NCBI GenBank assembly: GCA_951406725.2
Contig: CATOCA020000001.1
Location: 6,820,001 to 6,884,000, forward strand
DNA from: Octopus vulgaris
Taxonomy: Eukaryota
Direction of reading: 5' to 3'
Length of the DNA: 64,000 bases
Shown: positions 37,580 through 52,366 of the stretch, in pieces
Layout: each line of letters opens with the position of its first letter
Numbering within the stretch: the first letter of the stretch is position 1
The notes under the pieces: model-generated
The model's input: the letters and a program-made list of their open reading frames with translations, nothing else
Databases searched by the model: none
Told to the model about the DNA's origin: nothing
Position numbers and translations under genes: made by a program

Positions 37580-38540
37580 GTACACTGACCACTGAAAATA
37601 CTCAATAAAATTGATAATATTTCAGGCTTTGCTTGTTATTGACCATTCTGCACATAACAGTTCATTTATTTTCTAAAAATGGATTGGTGAGAGTCAACTT
37701 GGTGGTGTATTGGCAATCCACGTATTATTTCACTGTGATGTCTACATGTCCTTATAAAAAGCAAAGTTTGTTTGTTTCTAGGTTGACCACTGAAAACACT
37801 AAATAAAATTGGCAACATTTTAGGATTTTTACATCATTTGAATTAATCTAACCATTCTGCAGATAACTGTGCACTTATTTTCTGAAAACAGAATGAAAAG
37901 GGGGCAAGTAGGAGGTGTACTGGCTACTATTTCTAGCAATTCACATACAGTCTATTTCACTATTATGACTGCTGAAAATACTAAATAAAATTGATAGTAT
38001 TTCTGGTTTTGTGTATCAAAGTGGCTGAGTTCCTTTCAAGTGTTGGGCCTCACGGAGGCAATGACCAAGACCTTTGGCATTATGTCGTGCTTGAGAAGAA
38101 GACCCATCAAGCCAAGCAAAATCACAGATGCAGCAGATACCAGTGTCACACTAATTGGCACCTGTGCCAGTGGCCCATAAACACACCTCAGTGTCATGCC
38201 AGTGGCATGTAAAAGCACCCATTACACACTCAGACTGGTTGGCGTTATGAAGGGCATCCAGCTGTAGAAAACGATGCCAAATCAGACTGGAGTCTGGTGC
38301 AGCCTTCCAGCATACCAGTCCAGTCAAACCATCCAACCCATGCCAGCACGGCCAATTAAATGATGATGATGATTCCGCACATAACTGTACACATATTTTC
38401 TGAAAATAGATGGGGGTGACTTGGTGGTGTATTGGCTCCTATTTCAAGCAATCTACATACTATTTCACTGAAAAAAACCCAAAGTTTGTTTGTTTTTACA
38501 CTGACCATTGTGAACAAAAATATAAAAAGCAAAGTTTGTT
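37580..38540. repeat. Diverged tandem repeat, unit about 190-200 bp, interrupted by an RTE tail (38030-38372)
   Basis: tgaccactgaaaa(t/c)act.aataaaattg recurs at about 37585, 37784 and 37967, with a partial copy at 38501. Confidence 0.75.
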
Positions 38541-40059
38541 TGTTTATGTAGTGAAAAAATACATTTGTTAATATAGATATGTATATACATTAATACCTAA
38601 TACATTATTCATCATTATCTCATTTGAATTTCGTTTTCATGTATTATCAGTTTTCATGTTACATTTGATAACATCTATAAACAAGATTTTTGTCCTTGGT
38701 AGCAACTGTTATTTCCTATATATTTACCCCTAGAAAGTATAAAAAATGGCTTATATTCCTTTCAAACTTTGCTTTTGTTACATTTATTCAAACCCCAAAG
38801 ATTCCTCTCAACACAGGGCTATAACGCTCCACCACTACTCCAGCTCACAATTAGAGATGCACAGATTGTCAACCAATAACAGGCATGCTCAAGTGATAAA
38901 GATCAAGCAAATGACAAGCAAATATGTGCTATCAAGCAGATTATATGTTACAACAATATTTCTGCTTCAGCAGCTCAGCAGTGAATCAGTCTGAAGTATA
39001 ATGGAAATGAGACAGTTTCAAAACATTGATGACTTGATCACAATAGCAAAGTTTGAAGGTGATGCTACTCATTCCCTTTGATTTATAGATAGAAGCAAAT
39101 AAGAAATAACACTAACTGACCAAAGAAAAGCAAAATTAATTAACATTTTGTTACAGTGTAATTTGGTCTCATTTTCATCCTATTATTATATTTAGTTTTT
39201 TTTTTGCATCAATTATATGGTGTATATTCTTCAACCTGTAATTACAAACACAACCGTTTTCATTTTAATGATTTATTTAGATTTCAGTTTCATCTGAATT
39301 CATGGGCATGTCACATAGACATATGTCCATTATGGACAAATGTTTAATAGTTACCTATATCTATCCTTTTAAATATATTATTCTAAGAATTTTACAATAT
39401 GGACTGATAAACTAACATGTTAAAAATATTTCTCATAATTCACATCATTTTCAGGCAACAATCAACTCCAACTTACAATTTTCTATTAAAAATTTACACA
39501 CAAACACATACATATCTATCTATATGTATCTATATACATACATGCATATAAATATGTATGTATATGTAGCACTTGTCACTATGTCAAAATTATTCTATTG
39601 ACCTGTGAACTGTTTTCACGAGTGCATAATATATGGATACACGTAATGCATATAAACATTGTGGACCCACGAGCATGTCACTACTAGTAATGCAGGCTTC
39701 ATGTATGCACTTATGCATACAAGTGTATGTCTCTATATATATGTGTGTACAATGTGATGCTGGTTATAATTTAGAAATGTATATTATCATGATGTGCACA
39801 GCTACTTCTCTATTGCCAAAGACTAATTGTTGCCTTAATAATAATAATGTCAAAGACTTCCAATTTACCTGAAACCTCCACCATAGTTGCATATCCACAA
39901 AAGATAATCAGAACCGATGGAAATTTTAATTGTTATCTATGTTGCAACCTGTACCTGTACCTGCTAACTCTAGGCTGCAGGACCCATTATATTCAAGCAA
40001 GCAAATGCTAAGATCCTGATTTTGCAAAGAAACAACTTCCCTCCCAGGCTTCCTAGATT

Positions 40060-40842
40060 CACAGGCTCAGAGCTGCCACAATCAATGTCAGAACAAGATA
40101 AGGTACGTCTGGTGAGATTGTTGAAATGCTTGAGTGGAGGCATGTGGATGCAAGAGGTATGATGAAAGTGAGCCTCAACTAGACTGCTCACAAACCAAAA
40201 TAGAAAAGGAGGTTATGGAAGCTCAAGTATCCTTCAAATGGGCAAAGACTTTAGAGATGTTCTTAATGAAACCTTTTGTGAGTAGGTAGAGATGGAGTCA
40301 TGCAACATCGAGGACAACTGGGATTTCTTATGGGACAATCAACAGAATGTGACAGATCAAACCTGTGATTGGAGCAAGGCTTCTGTCAGACCAAGGTTGA
40401 CAAAGTGGTGAAACAGTGAGATTGATGGAGTTATAAAAGAAAGGAGACAGGCTTGGAAATAATGGAAGAGTGTGGGTAGTAAAGAAACATATCAGATAGC
40501 TAAAAAAGAAGCAAGGCGTCAGGTATATTTGGCTTGGGCAGAAACAGAAAGGGAGAGTTTTGCCAATGTTTTACAGTGTGAAGATCAGAGATTTGAGGTA
40601 TTTCAGATTGCTAGACCGTGTGTTAGAGAGAAACAAGATGTTGTGGGGGAGAAGGATGTACCAACAGATAATGGTATGCTTGCTCTTAGTGATCCTGAAA
40701 AGAAAGAGGCATAGAAAAGTTATTATGAAAGACTATTAAATGTGGAGAATGAATGGAAGAAAGAGAGTCTCCATCATGTGAACCCAACACAGGGACCATC
40801 TATCCTAGTTGACAGTAGCATGATACATAAGGCAATTAAAGA
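40060..40842 (+). mobile_element. Degenerate RTE LINE 5'/middle fragment
   Basis: GEIVEMLE.RHVD (APE start), KKEARRQVYLA...EDQRFEVFQIAR and YYERLLNVENEW; matches 26560-26720. Confidence 0.78.
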
Positions 40843-40844
40843 TA

Positions 40845-41860
40845 CGAGGTAGTATCAAAAAGTTCCTGGACTAGCTATGTTTAAAAAAAAGTGACTTATT
40901 TACTTACTAACTCTTAACATCATCTCCTTCGAAATAGTAACCTTGTGTGACAATACTCTGGTCCCAGCGCTCCTGCCTCTTTTGGAATCCAACCTGAAAG
41001 TTGTTTTCCATAAGTGAGTTGAAGACCTTCTGTGATTAAAAGTATTAGAACCGTGACCATTGAGCTGCATTTTCATCTTGGGAAATAGATGGAATTCTGC
41101 AGGCACTAAATTTGGCAACATGGTGGGTGTGGAAGTCATACCATATTGTTTTGGGGGAGAAACTCATGAGTGAGGGGAGCTTGGTAACAGGGTACACTGT
41201 TATGAAGAATCCAATTCTTCACACTCCATAAATCTGGTTGCTTTCACCAAATGTCCCTCCTCAAATGTTTCAAAATATCACAGAAGTTACAATTGACAGT
41301 CTGGCTCTGGAGGATGAACCCTCAATGCACAATATCACAGATGACGAAGAAAATGATGAGCATGTTGTTGATTGAGCTGTGACTCTGTCGTGCCTTCTTC
41401 AGTCATGGAGATGAAGGGCTCTTCCACTGTGATGACTGCTGCTTTGTCTCAGGGTCAAACCTGTAGGCTCAACTCTTGTAACTGGTGATGATCCTTGACA
41501 TAAAAGATGAGTCATCAGTGGCATGCTGACGAAGATCTTGACAAACTTCAACATGATACTCTTTCTGCTCAGTAGGTGAGAGACAAACTTAGCAGAAACA
41601 CACCACATGTTCAATTCAGGTATTAGAATTGCCTGCATGGACCCATACAACAGACCAACAACATCAGCAATGTCATTCATTCCTCCGACAGTCCTCATGC
41701 ACAAGCTGATGAATTTTCTCCACTTTCCTGGGGGTGATGCTTGTTCCAGGTCTTCCAGATTGCTCAGTGTCTTTCAGGAATGTTCTTCCACTTTTGCAGC
41801 ACCTGTACCACTCAAAATATTGTGTATGATCCATTGCTTTGATACAAGAAGCCTAATTGT
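40845..41860 (-). mobile_element. Degenerate mariner transposon
   Basis: TIR TA-cgaggtagtatcaaaaagttcctggac. Remnants read SAKFVSHLL, IITSYKS and PNLVPAEFHLFPKMKMQLNG. Confidence 0.85.
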
Positions 41861-42769
41861 CCATTTTTATTATTATTATTGTGTATATGTATGTGTGCTT
41901 TAATGTATCATCATCCTTTTAATAACAAATGTTCCATACTCACATGCAACTGTGGACATGAAGTTTTTACATGGCACTGGCAGCAGTAACATCACTAAGT
42001 AAGTAACTTGCAAGGCAAGACTCCTCAACTGAGAGGAGGAAGAGTATCAAAAGAAGTGGCTTTGTGCTAAGTGATAAGAGGAATAGAGGGACAGAAATAA
42101 CTGCTTTGCAGTAGAGGAGATGCATGGCTACCTCAGCTGGAAAAAGAAAGGGTGAGAGAGATGATTATGTGATGGGGGGAGGAGTGCATTCAAGTTACAG
42201 GGAGGTGTAAATAAGTAATTGGATAGGGTGAGTGGATAGGTAAGTTTATGAGAATGCAAAAGAAGAGTGAAAGGTTGAGGGGAAGGGCTGTAGCAAGTGG
42301 ACACAAGCAGACAGAGGAAGAGTGTGAGGAGGATATGTTGTTGGGAAGAGATTTGACGGGGACACATTTTGTGCAGGTAGGTTTACAAAGGTGCAAAGGG
42401 AGAGTGGGAGATAGAGGGGAGGGGAATACAGTGAGTGGTGAATATGGATGGAAGGAGGGGGAGGTGTTTGGATTGTGTGGGAGAAGTTTGCCCGGAACAT
42501 AGACATAAAGGACATGCCTTAATTGTCCTGATTTTACTTAGCTGGCTGAATCTTCTCAAGCACAGCGAATCACCAACTGTTTGACAGGGGTTTTGTTGAT
42601 TACAATGACTCCAGTACTTGACTGTACTTACTTTATCGACCCAAAATGATGAAAGGCAAAATCACCTTCAGGTGGAATTTGAACTCAGGATGTAAAAACA
42701 AAAAAATGCTGCTAAGCACTTTGCCCAGTGCAGTAATGATTGAGCCAGCTCACTGTCTTATATGGAAAT

Positions 42770-43110
42770 AATAATAATAATAATCAAAAAAACAGTATGG
42801 TATTCAATGCTTTATAGGATATATAAGTATTTCAACAAAATTCTGAATTAACTATTTAACAGTTGTAGAAACATTATGCAACTTTACATTTGACCTCATT
42901 AGTATCTCTCAATAAATACAACAGATTTAAAGCTCCAAGTATATACACTTTTCCCAATAATAGTAATAGTGTATAGGAGTTTTGACATCTGTGGCTGCAT
43001 TATGTTTCTACAAATGTGATATAAATACTTTGGCATTTTTCGGAAACACATGTATGTCCAATAAAGTGATGGATACCATACTGGTTTTTTAATTATTACT
43101 ATTATCATTG
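42770..43110. repeat. Imperfect inverted repeat (about 110-bp arms), MITE-like
   Basis: aaaaaacagtatggtattca...tgtagaaacattatgca versus tgcattatgtttctaca...ggataccatactggtttttt. Confidence 0.65.
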
Positions 43111-43332
43111 TTGTTGTTGTTATTTGGCTTGTATTCTGCACAGTAGCCTACCCCAAGTTTGATGCCCTGTATCATAATACATTGGATATTAGTGTGAAGT
43201 GTGAAACCCACAATTGAGCCTGATCTTTGGCAACATATCGTACTTTACAGCGTCTTTCTTTTAATATATACTTGTGTGAACAAGCTATCTTCAAGATAGC
43301 AAGTCTTACATTGGTTTGATATCATTGTATTG

Positions 43333-43364
<32 letters not shown>

Positions 43365-44409
43365 TACATAATCAAAATATGCAACGAGAGGATCTAGAAG
43401 TAATGCAGTACAATCATTTCACGCAATTCCATTTAATTGAACAATACAATTATTACATCAATTTAAATGCAGAGCAATCTTCAACTGCATAAAGACATAG
43501 AATTTAATTAAATTAAATCAGATGGACACATTAGTATAATTTTACATAAAATCTCCAAGAAGGTAAGGAGATTTACAGAGAACATGCTGTCTTCACTTCA
43601 GCTTAGAAGCTACTTAGGTATCAGGAAGAAAGACTTGTTACAGATTTTGCTTGTCACTGTTTTATGGGGTCAGTTTTAATTTATAGACTAGTTTATCAAA
43701 TCTTTGTATATCTAAGGCCAAAAGAGCAAGGAGTAATGCCTGTCAGGAAGTGGGCTGAGGGAATCAACAGAAATCATAATGGGTATAGTCATAAAAAACT
43801 ATCAAGATTTATTTTGAAGCAGTATCATGAGATTTGGTAAAGGAAAACTGAAATCAAGATTTTAGCTTCCATTTAAAGGGGCAGGCCACTATTAGACCAT
43901 TTATAATGAAAAATGGGAAATCTTATGTGGTACTATAGTTAAAAATTTGAAACATTTTAAACAATATTTCCATATTGTATAAAGTTAAAATTTAGGGTTA
44001 TTCAGAAGAATATTAAAACAAAAGGATGAAAAGATTTTTTTGAATACTTTTGAGTATATACCAAACTTTTACCACATTAGAGGGAGGAAAAGAAGTTATC
44101 TCATAATAGCTTAATATTTATACTTATTATATACTTAAATACGAACTTATCAGATTGTATCTATGAAGATTGATCAATTAGTATATACTGGTATTTAATA
44201 AAGGTGTACTGAGGTAAGAGAGCATGCTAACTATATATTAATTAAATTATAATCTAAGCAGTTTATTTTAAGGAGTGAATATACCAGTATTGTTTTATAT
44301 AAGCTAAGTATGAATTTATAGAGGTACAAAATTACATTCATTTTATAAATAAATAAAGGCTATTTTAAAATAATAGATAATAAAATAATCAGGTAGGGCA
44401 GAACACCAT

Positions 44410-45320
44410 TTTCTTCTAACCACTCAGTTGAAGTCGACTCTCGGTCACTCGTTGGATCAGTGTCCTCCAGTCAGTTCTATCCTGGGCCGCTTCTTTCAGA
44501 CTGGCTATGTCCATTCCGGTATCACTCTTGATGGTGTCAAGCAAGCAGGTTCTTGGTTGGATTCTTCCTCTCTTGCCACTGACCATTCCGAGCATGATGT
44601 CCTTCTCCAGGGATTTTCTCCGCATAATATGACCGAAATATGCCAATCTATGCTTGGTGATCCTAGCTTCTAGCAACATTTCCGACCTTATCTGCTTAAG
44701 AACTTCTCCATTGGTGAGCCTCGCTGTCAATGGAATCCGTAAAAGTCTTCTCCAACACCAAAGCTTAAATGCATTAATTCTCTTCTGGTCAGCTTTCTTT
44801 AGTGTCCATGTCTCGCATCCATATGTTGCTATTGGGAAGACAATTGCATTCACCAATCTGCATTTGGTAGCGAGTCTGATGTCTCTACTCTTCCAGACCC
44901 TGCTCATGCTGACCATTGCCTCTCTGCCTAGTACTATCCTAGTACTATCTTATTTCTGGAGTGCAGTTACCATCTTGATTTATTTTGGAGCCAAGGAAGA
45001 TGGAATCATCAACCACTTCAATCTCTTCATTATCGATCTTGATGCTGATGTTTGTCATGGCTGATGTTGACATGATCTTTGTTTTCTTAACATTGAGGTA
45101 CAGCCTAAATTTCTCACTCTCTTTCTTGACCAGCAGGACAAGATCCTCCAGATCCTTACCACTCTCCGCCAGCAGGGTTATATCATCTGCATAGCGAAGG
45201 TTATTAATATTTCTTCCTCCAATCCTAACTCCAATGCTGCTATCCTCCAGGCCTGCATTCCTCATGACCTTTTCAGCGTACATGTTGAAGGCTGCTGGTG
45301 ACAGGATGCAACCTTGCCGA
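44410..45320 (-). mobile_element. 5'-truncated RTE LINE (different family), inserted in a local ~400-bp tandem duplication
   Basis: RQGCILSP, NNLRYADDITLLAE, YGCETWT and LAYFGHIMRR. The flanks ggtagggcagaacaccat | cttaatcactaa are repeated uninterrupted at 45680-45730. Confidence 0.9.
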
Positions 45321-46259
45321 TATCTTAATCACTAACAACATGACAAAGTAAATATACCTTATTGACATCAATAGAGAAGGTTTAAAGAAAATGTATAATA
45401 ATTTAAGTATACTAAACTAAAATTAAATCTTTATTTATTAAGCTAGTATCAATAAAGACTGATACCTGGTATTATCTAAAGGAATATTGATGTTTTAGGG
45501 CATACTAATTCCATACTAAATTTTATAACTAAGAAGTATATTATAAGCTTTAGAAGATATTATTCTTACTCCATACATAATATTTATAGTTTCTTAGGGG
45601 TACTTAATTTGAAGGGCTACTCATATAAAGGCCTATATAAATACTAAGATCAGGAGGGTAGAGCACTTTAAAATAATTAGGTAGGGTAGAACACCATAGA
45701 AAAGTATATAAAATAGCTTAATCACTAAAAACCATGATGAAGTATATACACAACTTAGTAACATCAATAGAGAAGATTTATAGAAAATGTATACAATTCA
45801 AGTATTTAAAACTAAAAATAGTTTATTTACTTATTTAGCTTTTATCTCTAAAGACTGTTACCCTGTATTAGCTAAAGTAATAATGTTGTAGGACATGCTC
45901 ACTATATACTAATTTGAGCAAAGAAGTTTCTAATAGGTTTTAAATTTCAAGATCAATAAAGTGCTACTTTCTAAAATATTTAAAGGTACAGGTGACACTA
46001 TGTACAATTATTAATCAGGTTGCCCTTATCTTTTTGCTTAAAATTTCATGTTTCCATAGAGCACAGCTCACACCCATATCTGCTATTTCCTTCAATTTCC
46101 AAATTTTACTGGATAATAACGTACAAATTGCTTTATGCTTAAGTTTAAAGGATGACAGGTAGTTGTATAGATGCCATTTCATATAAATCAAACAACTGAT
46201 ATATATAAAATCATTAGTTGTAGCTTTTATATCACGTTCTGGGTAAGATGTAAGCAGAA

Positions 46260-47640
46260 AGCGAATTGTACTTTAACATCCTCTCCAATCACCACAAATC
46301 CAGTTTTGATAACTTAATCAAGGGCATCTCAACCTGCATATCTAACCTCTCTTCCACTGAGGAAATTTTCAATAATCACGCACCATATTACACTGAAGCA
46401 CTTGCTGCCAGTGGCATTTTCCAACAAATAGAATAACACCAGGCTCAAACAATATATATCTCAAATTACATCTCAAACACCCACCAACAATCATAATCAC
46501 AACCAACCACACACACACTCATTGATGGAACCCTTGAAGGTCTTACACCTAGGCAACCTAGACCCCACACATACATTTAACACTAGGTCAAAAACTAAAA
46601 CAGCTAACAACAAAAGGATTCACCGCCTACATACATTATCCAAAAGTATAGATAGCACTTCTATATCTAAAAACTTAGATAGCACTACTCCCAGACACCC
46701 TAAAATAAGTGGCAGACGCTCCATTCTGTGGTACACACCCCCATTCTCACTTAACGGTAAGAACTTAGCTAAATCCTTCTTTAAAATACTAGACTCTAAC
46801 TTCCCTCGGCAACATAAATATTATTCTATCTTTAATAGATCCACTCTGAAACTATCTTATTCTGCCCCACCCAACTTCGAATCTATTGTAGCTTTCTCTT
46901 CACTATCAAAGCTCACATAATTACAACTCTAATCATAAGAACACTCAACATACACACAGCTCCAGCACAGATACCCTTACATTAGACCACAACGACAACC
47001 CAACCCATCCTACTGATACTGCCCAGAACACCACCACAATTTCTACCACTCTTACAAATAGTACAATTAATAACAACAATAGTAATAATAACAATAACAT
47101 TAATGATAATGTTAATAATACTAATAATCTAGAATCTTCGACCCCCTTCTCTAACCTCTCCTCTGATAATATTACCTCCTCCATTCCTGAACACATTCCC
47201 CAAAATTCACTTAATTGTAACTGCCATCCTGGAATCATTTGCCTGTTACAAACCCGTTGCAGAAGATATAATGTAATTTATAAATGCACTGTCCTTAATA
47301 TATTACACAACTCTACAGCCATATACATAGGATCAACCCAAAATTTTAAGCAGCGATATGCCGCTCACCTCCATTCTTTTAGATATGATAAACATAGTAA
47401 ATCTACAGCACTCGCCAACCATATACATCATTTCAAAAATACAAATATACCCTACTGGATTTAGGGCATCCCTACAGAGGTCAACGCTCAACCAGCTAGC
47501 TTTGCCTGAAGGAGGCACTTCACATATTAAAGCACAACTATCCAACACTGCTAAATAAACATAATGAGGCACTAAGCACATGCAACCACCACTTTTTTCA
47601 CACATTCAAATTCTTCCACAAATCCAAATGCCTAAATGAC
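46260..47640 (+). mobile_element. Penelope-like element 3' part (GIY-YIG)
   Basis: ILWYTPPFS...FPRQHKYYSIFNRSTLKLSYS, then VIYKCTV...IYIGSTQNFKQRYAAHLHSFR. Confidence 0.82.
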
Positions 47641-48554
47641 CATACAGCATATTTCCACAGTACCCCTTAGGTAATCCCAATAACCTTATAAATGTGTGTA
47701 TGTGTGTGTGTATGTATATATGTATGCAAGGTATATATACCTGCGTGTATAGGGGCGATAATACTTACAATTACATGTATGTATGGGTCTACATATACAT
47801 ATGAGTACGTGTTGTATGTGTAGGTGTTGATATGTATAAATATCTATATTAATATATGCATGTGTATACCTGTTTATATATATATATTCTTCTACTACTA
47901 AGCATAGACCAGTCCTCTAACCAACCTAACCTATATTCTCAAATTCTTCATTCCAACAATTTACTACTCTTACCCCCCTCTCTCAGCCCCTCACTTAGGC
48001 TCTATCACTACCATCCTGACAATCCTTTACTCTTTACACTCCCATACCTATCTCTCTCTATCACCAATCAACCCCCTTTCCTTCTATCTGACACTCTTTA
48101 CTCTTTACCCTATCATCTTTTTACACTCTCATATCTTTCTCTCTCTATCACCCCACCTCCCTATTCCTACTATCAATTTATCTTAACTGACCACTAACCA
48201 GTACATTTTCCCCTCTTCATCTCTTTATTACCTCTCTCCCCACTTTACATTTTTCTTTTTTCTTTTCTTTGTTCCTATCCTCCTGGTTTTGATTTGATGT
48301 TACAAATACATTACCAACTTTTAAGTCACTTTAAATAAAACCCTCAATTTAATAACAATGTGTACAAACTCTATACTTGGAGTGACCAACTTTAAATATT
48401 ATTGGAACTTACTCACAAGGTACTGGACTCTTATATGTATACCATTCTGCCCAAATAATGGATCTACAGATGCAACATCCCTACATATCTCATGTCTATT
48501 TTCATTCCTCCATTCTTTGTTTCATATCTATTGCTTAACCATTTTCTTACACTG

Positions 48555-50112
48555 TCTTGCAGTGTTTCTACAGCTGGATGCCCTTCCTTATGCCAACAAG
48601 TCAGAGCATAGTGGGTGCTTTTTATGTACCACTGGCACAGGAGCCAGAGGAGCTGGCATTGATCACAATCGGATGATGCTTTTTACATGCCACCAGTACA
48701 GAATTCAGTCAAAGCGGCACTGGCATTGGCCACGTCCGGATGGTGCTTTTTACATGCTACCAGCAAGGGGTTCACAACTACAATTTCCATTTGATTTAAT
48801 TTTGATATTGCTGTTGATGTTGATGTACTTGACTCAATAGATCTCCTCAAGCACAGCATGTCACCCTACGATCCAAGGTACTTTTGAGTGGGCTGGTTAT
48901 GCAACACTGGTGTAGTTTACAGCTGTGGACTCATTTTATTTGCTGGGTCTTCTCAGTCACAGCATACCTCCAGAGGTCTCTGTCTTTTGTCATTGCCTCT
49001 GTGAAGCCCAACGTTCAAACGTCATACTTCGCCACCTCAACCCATATCTTCCTGGGTCTACCTCTACCCCGGATTCCTTTCACTGTTTGGGAGTGGCACT
49101 TCTTCACGCAGCTCTCCTTGTCCATCCATAGTGCATGACCATACCAATGCAAACGTCTCTCTTGCACGCCATATCCAATACTTCTTATGTCTAACATATC
49201 TCTCAGGGAGCTTACACACTGTTATGTGTTAACACTGGCATTACACATCCAGTGGATCATGGTAGCTTCATTTCTTTCAAGCCTACACATGTCTTCAGCA
49301 GCCATGAAGTATGGCTGTTCGCACACATGCATCATACAATCTACCTTTCACTCTGAGTGAGAGACCCTTTGTCACCAGTAGGGGTAGAAGCTTTCTGAAC
49401 TTTGCCCAGGCTATTCTTATTCTAGCGGTAACACTCTCTGAGCATCCACTCCCCACTACAGACTTGGTCACCTAGGTAGCGGAAGCTATCAACTACTTCT
49501 AGTTTCTCTCCCTGGCATGTGATGGAATCTGTTTTCTGAGCATCTGTGGTGTTGATTGCCCCTGTCCATCTGCTGCATGTGAGAGCTATCTTCCTGGTTA
49601 ATCTCCCTTTGATATTACTGCATCTCTTACGTGTCCATAGCTTAAACTGGGTACATCTTATGGAGTTTCTACCCAGACCTTTTCTATAGGTCGAACAAGG
49701 CCACCTACCTGAAGGGGTGTGTGATGTGGTCGCCTTCCTACTTACTAGAACTTTGGTCTTTACAACGTTGACTCTAAGGCCCATCGATTCTAAACCTGGC
49801 TTCCACACTTGATGTTTCTTCTCTAGTTCTGGTAGTGATTCTGCTATGAGGACCAGGTCATCAGCATAGAGCAGTTGCCAGGAGCAACCTGTCTTGAATT
49901 CCTCTGTTATTACCTGGAGGACTATGATGAATAAGAGGGGGCTGAGGGCTGATCCTTGGTGGACCCCTACTTCTACCCGGAATTCTTCACTATACTCATT
50001 TCCAATACTAACCCTACTCTGTATAGGGCCTGTATACCCCTTATTAACCATTTGTCAATCCCCAGTTTCCCATTTGCCCACCAGATAAGGGATTGGGGGA
50101 TCCTGTCAAAGA
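48555..50112 (-). mobile_element. 5'-truncated RTE LINE (same family as 24436-26720)
   Basis: GVHQGSALSPLLF, LLYADDL, FRYLGDQ and RGRPRKIW. Confidence 0.92.
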
Positions 50113-50310
50113 GTTTCTCTGTCTGTCCTTGTTTGTCCCCTCTGTGTTTAGCTCTTTGTGGGTAGTAAAGAAATAGGTATTTCGTCTGCCGTTACGTTCT
50201 GGGTTCAAATTCCGCAGACGTCGACTTTGCCTTTCATCCTTTCGGATGTTATAATATAACACACTCACCGGTAAAATTCCCACTTTTTTTCTAATTTTTA
50301 TTGCACTTGC

Positions 50311-50788
<478 letters not shown>

Positions 50789-51533
50789 GTTCATCCTTCG
50801 GGTTCGAAGATGACCACTTACATCATCTGGTGGAACTGCCGCTATGAGACCGGAGGTGGCTGGTGAGGCCAATCCGGGCAAGGAAGCCCCCTCCCACAGG
50901 TGGGGCAGAAGTGGGTAGGGGCCGTGCTACTGGTGCAGGCGGCTCTGGCTTTCCGCATCTGGCGTTTCTGCTCTGCTGACTGAATCCGTCTCTCCTCGGC
51001 TGTCTTTGCTCCTGTGGTGATTGCGCTGCGCCAGGATGAGCGGTCGGCAGCAAGTGTCTCCCAAGTCTCTGTGCCGATGGAGAAGTCTTTGAGAGAGACC
51101 TTGAGACTATCCTTGAAGCGCTTCTTGTGCCCTCCGACTTTGCGTTTGCCCTGGCTGAGTTCACCGTAGAAGAGCTGTTTTGGGATGCGAGTGTTGGACA
51201 TGCGAGAGACGTGGCCCGCCCATCTCAGCTGGGCCTTGCGCATGACCGTGATGGTGCTAGGGAGATCTGCCTGCTTCAGAACTTCCGTGTCTGGGACTTT
51301 GTCCTGCCAGCGGATGTGAAGGAGGTTCCGAAGACACCTGAGGTGGAAGTAGTTTATCTGGCGCTCGTGACTTCGGTAAGCAGTCCACGTCTCGCAACCG
51401 TATAGTAGGGTGGTAAGCACGACTGCCCGGTAGACTTTCAGCTTGGTGTTGAGGCTGATTCCTCTCCGCTCCCAGACTTTCTTTCGCAGTCTCCCAAACG
51501 CGCTGCTTGCCTTGGAGATTCTGTTGATGATGA
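50789..51533 (-). mobile_element. Young GC-rich RTE/BovB-like LINE 3' fragment
   Basis: Uninterrupted frame RISKASSAFGRL...LLYGCETWT...QLRWAGHVSRM...RIPKQLFYGEL...HFCPTCGR; CpGs retained. Confidence 0.92.
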
Positions 51534-51538
51534 TATAT

Positions 51539-51581
<43 letters not shown>

Positions 51582-51859
51582 CATACATATGTATATAGGT
51601 TGCAAGACGCAACGAAAATTTTAGGACAATAAAAATAAGAAAAAAGTGGGAATTTTACCGGTGAGTGTTTTACATAATAAGGCACAAAAAGAAAATGATT
51701 CTCTCCAGACACAACGGAATTATTGAACTTCAGTATTACAACAACCAAAAAATAGAAACACATTTTCTTATGCGAATATAGTGTTGCGTTGACAAATTCA
51801 ATTTAAAGTTTTTATTCATTCTGCAAATCTTGTCCGTTGATCCCATGCTAAAAACGTCC

Positions 51860-52185
51860 AAACAGATATTGGTTTGAGTTTTACCTGTAGGGGTGAAAAT
51901 GAAAAAATTGTCTTTGCTCCCCACACTGGAACCCCAGGATATGTCTGTGTGAAAAACAAGCCTTCTCTAATTGCAAAGAAGTAACTTTGAATGTCTGATC
52001 TTGGTACTTATCAATGGACATCGCAAGAGACTGACGTATTGGAAATTGAAGTCGTTTGAGTTCGAAGGGAATATTTGAAGGTATTAAACTTAAGTGAGGC
52101 ATAAATATATCTTCACCTTTTCCAAAGACAAAAAATATTCTGGCTTCTATGATATTTCTCGTTAATTTTTTGGATTTTCTTTTGT
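51860..52185 (-). mobile_element. Helitron helicase C-terminal fragment
   Basis: RNIIEAR...GKGEDIFMPHLSLIPSNIPFELKRLQFPIRQSLAMSIDKYQDQT...CFSH. Confidence 0.85.
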
Positions 52186-52261
52186 TATTGTCTGCTATTC
52201 ATACAGGCGCACAAGAAGTGTATGAACATACACACTACTTGTGTTTATACTTCTCTGTCTG

Positions 52262-52295
<34 letters not shown>

Positions 52296-52334
52296 AATCT
52301 ATCTATCTGTATATATACATATATGTGTGCGAGT

Positions 52335-52366
<32 letters not shown>

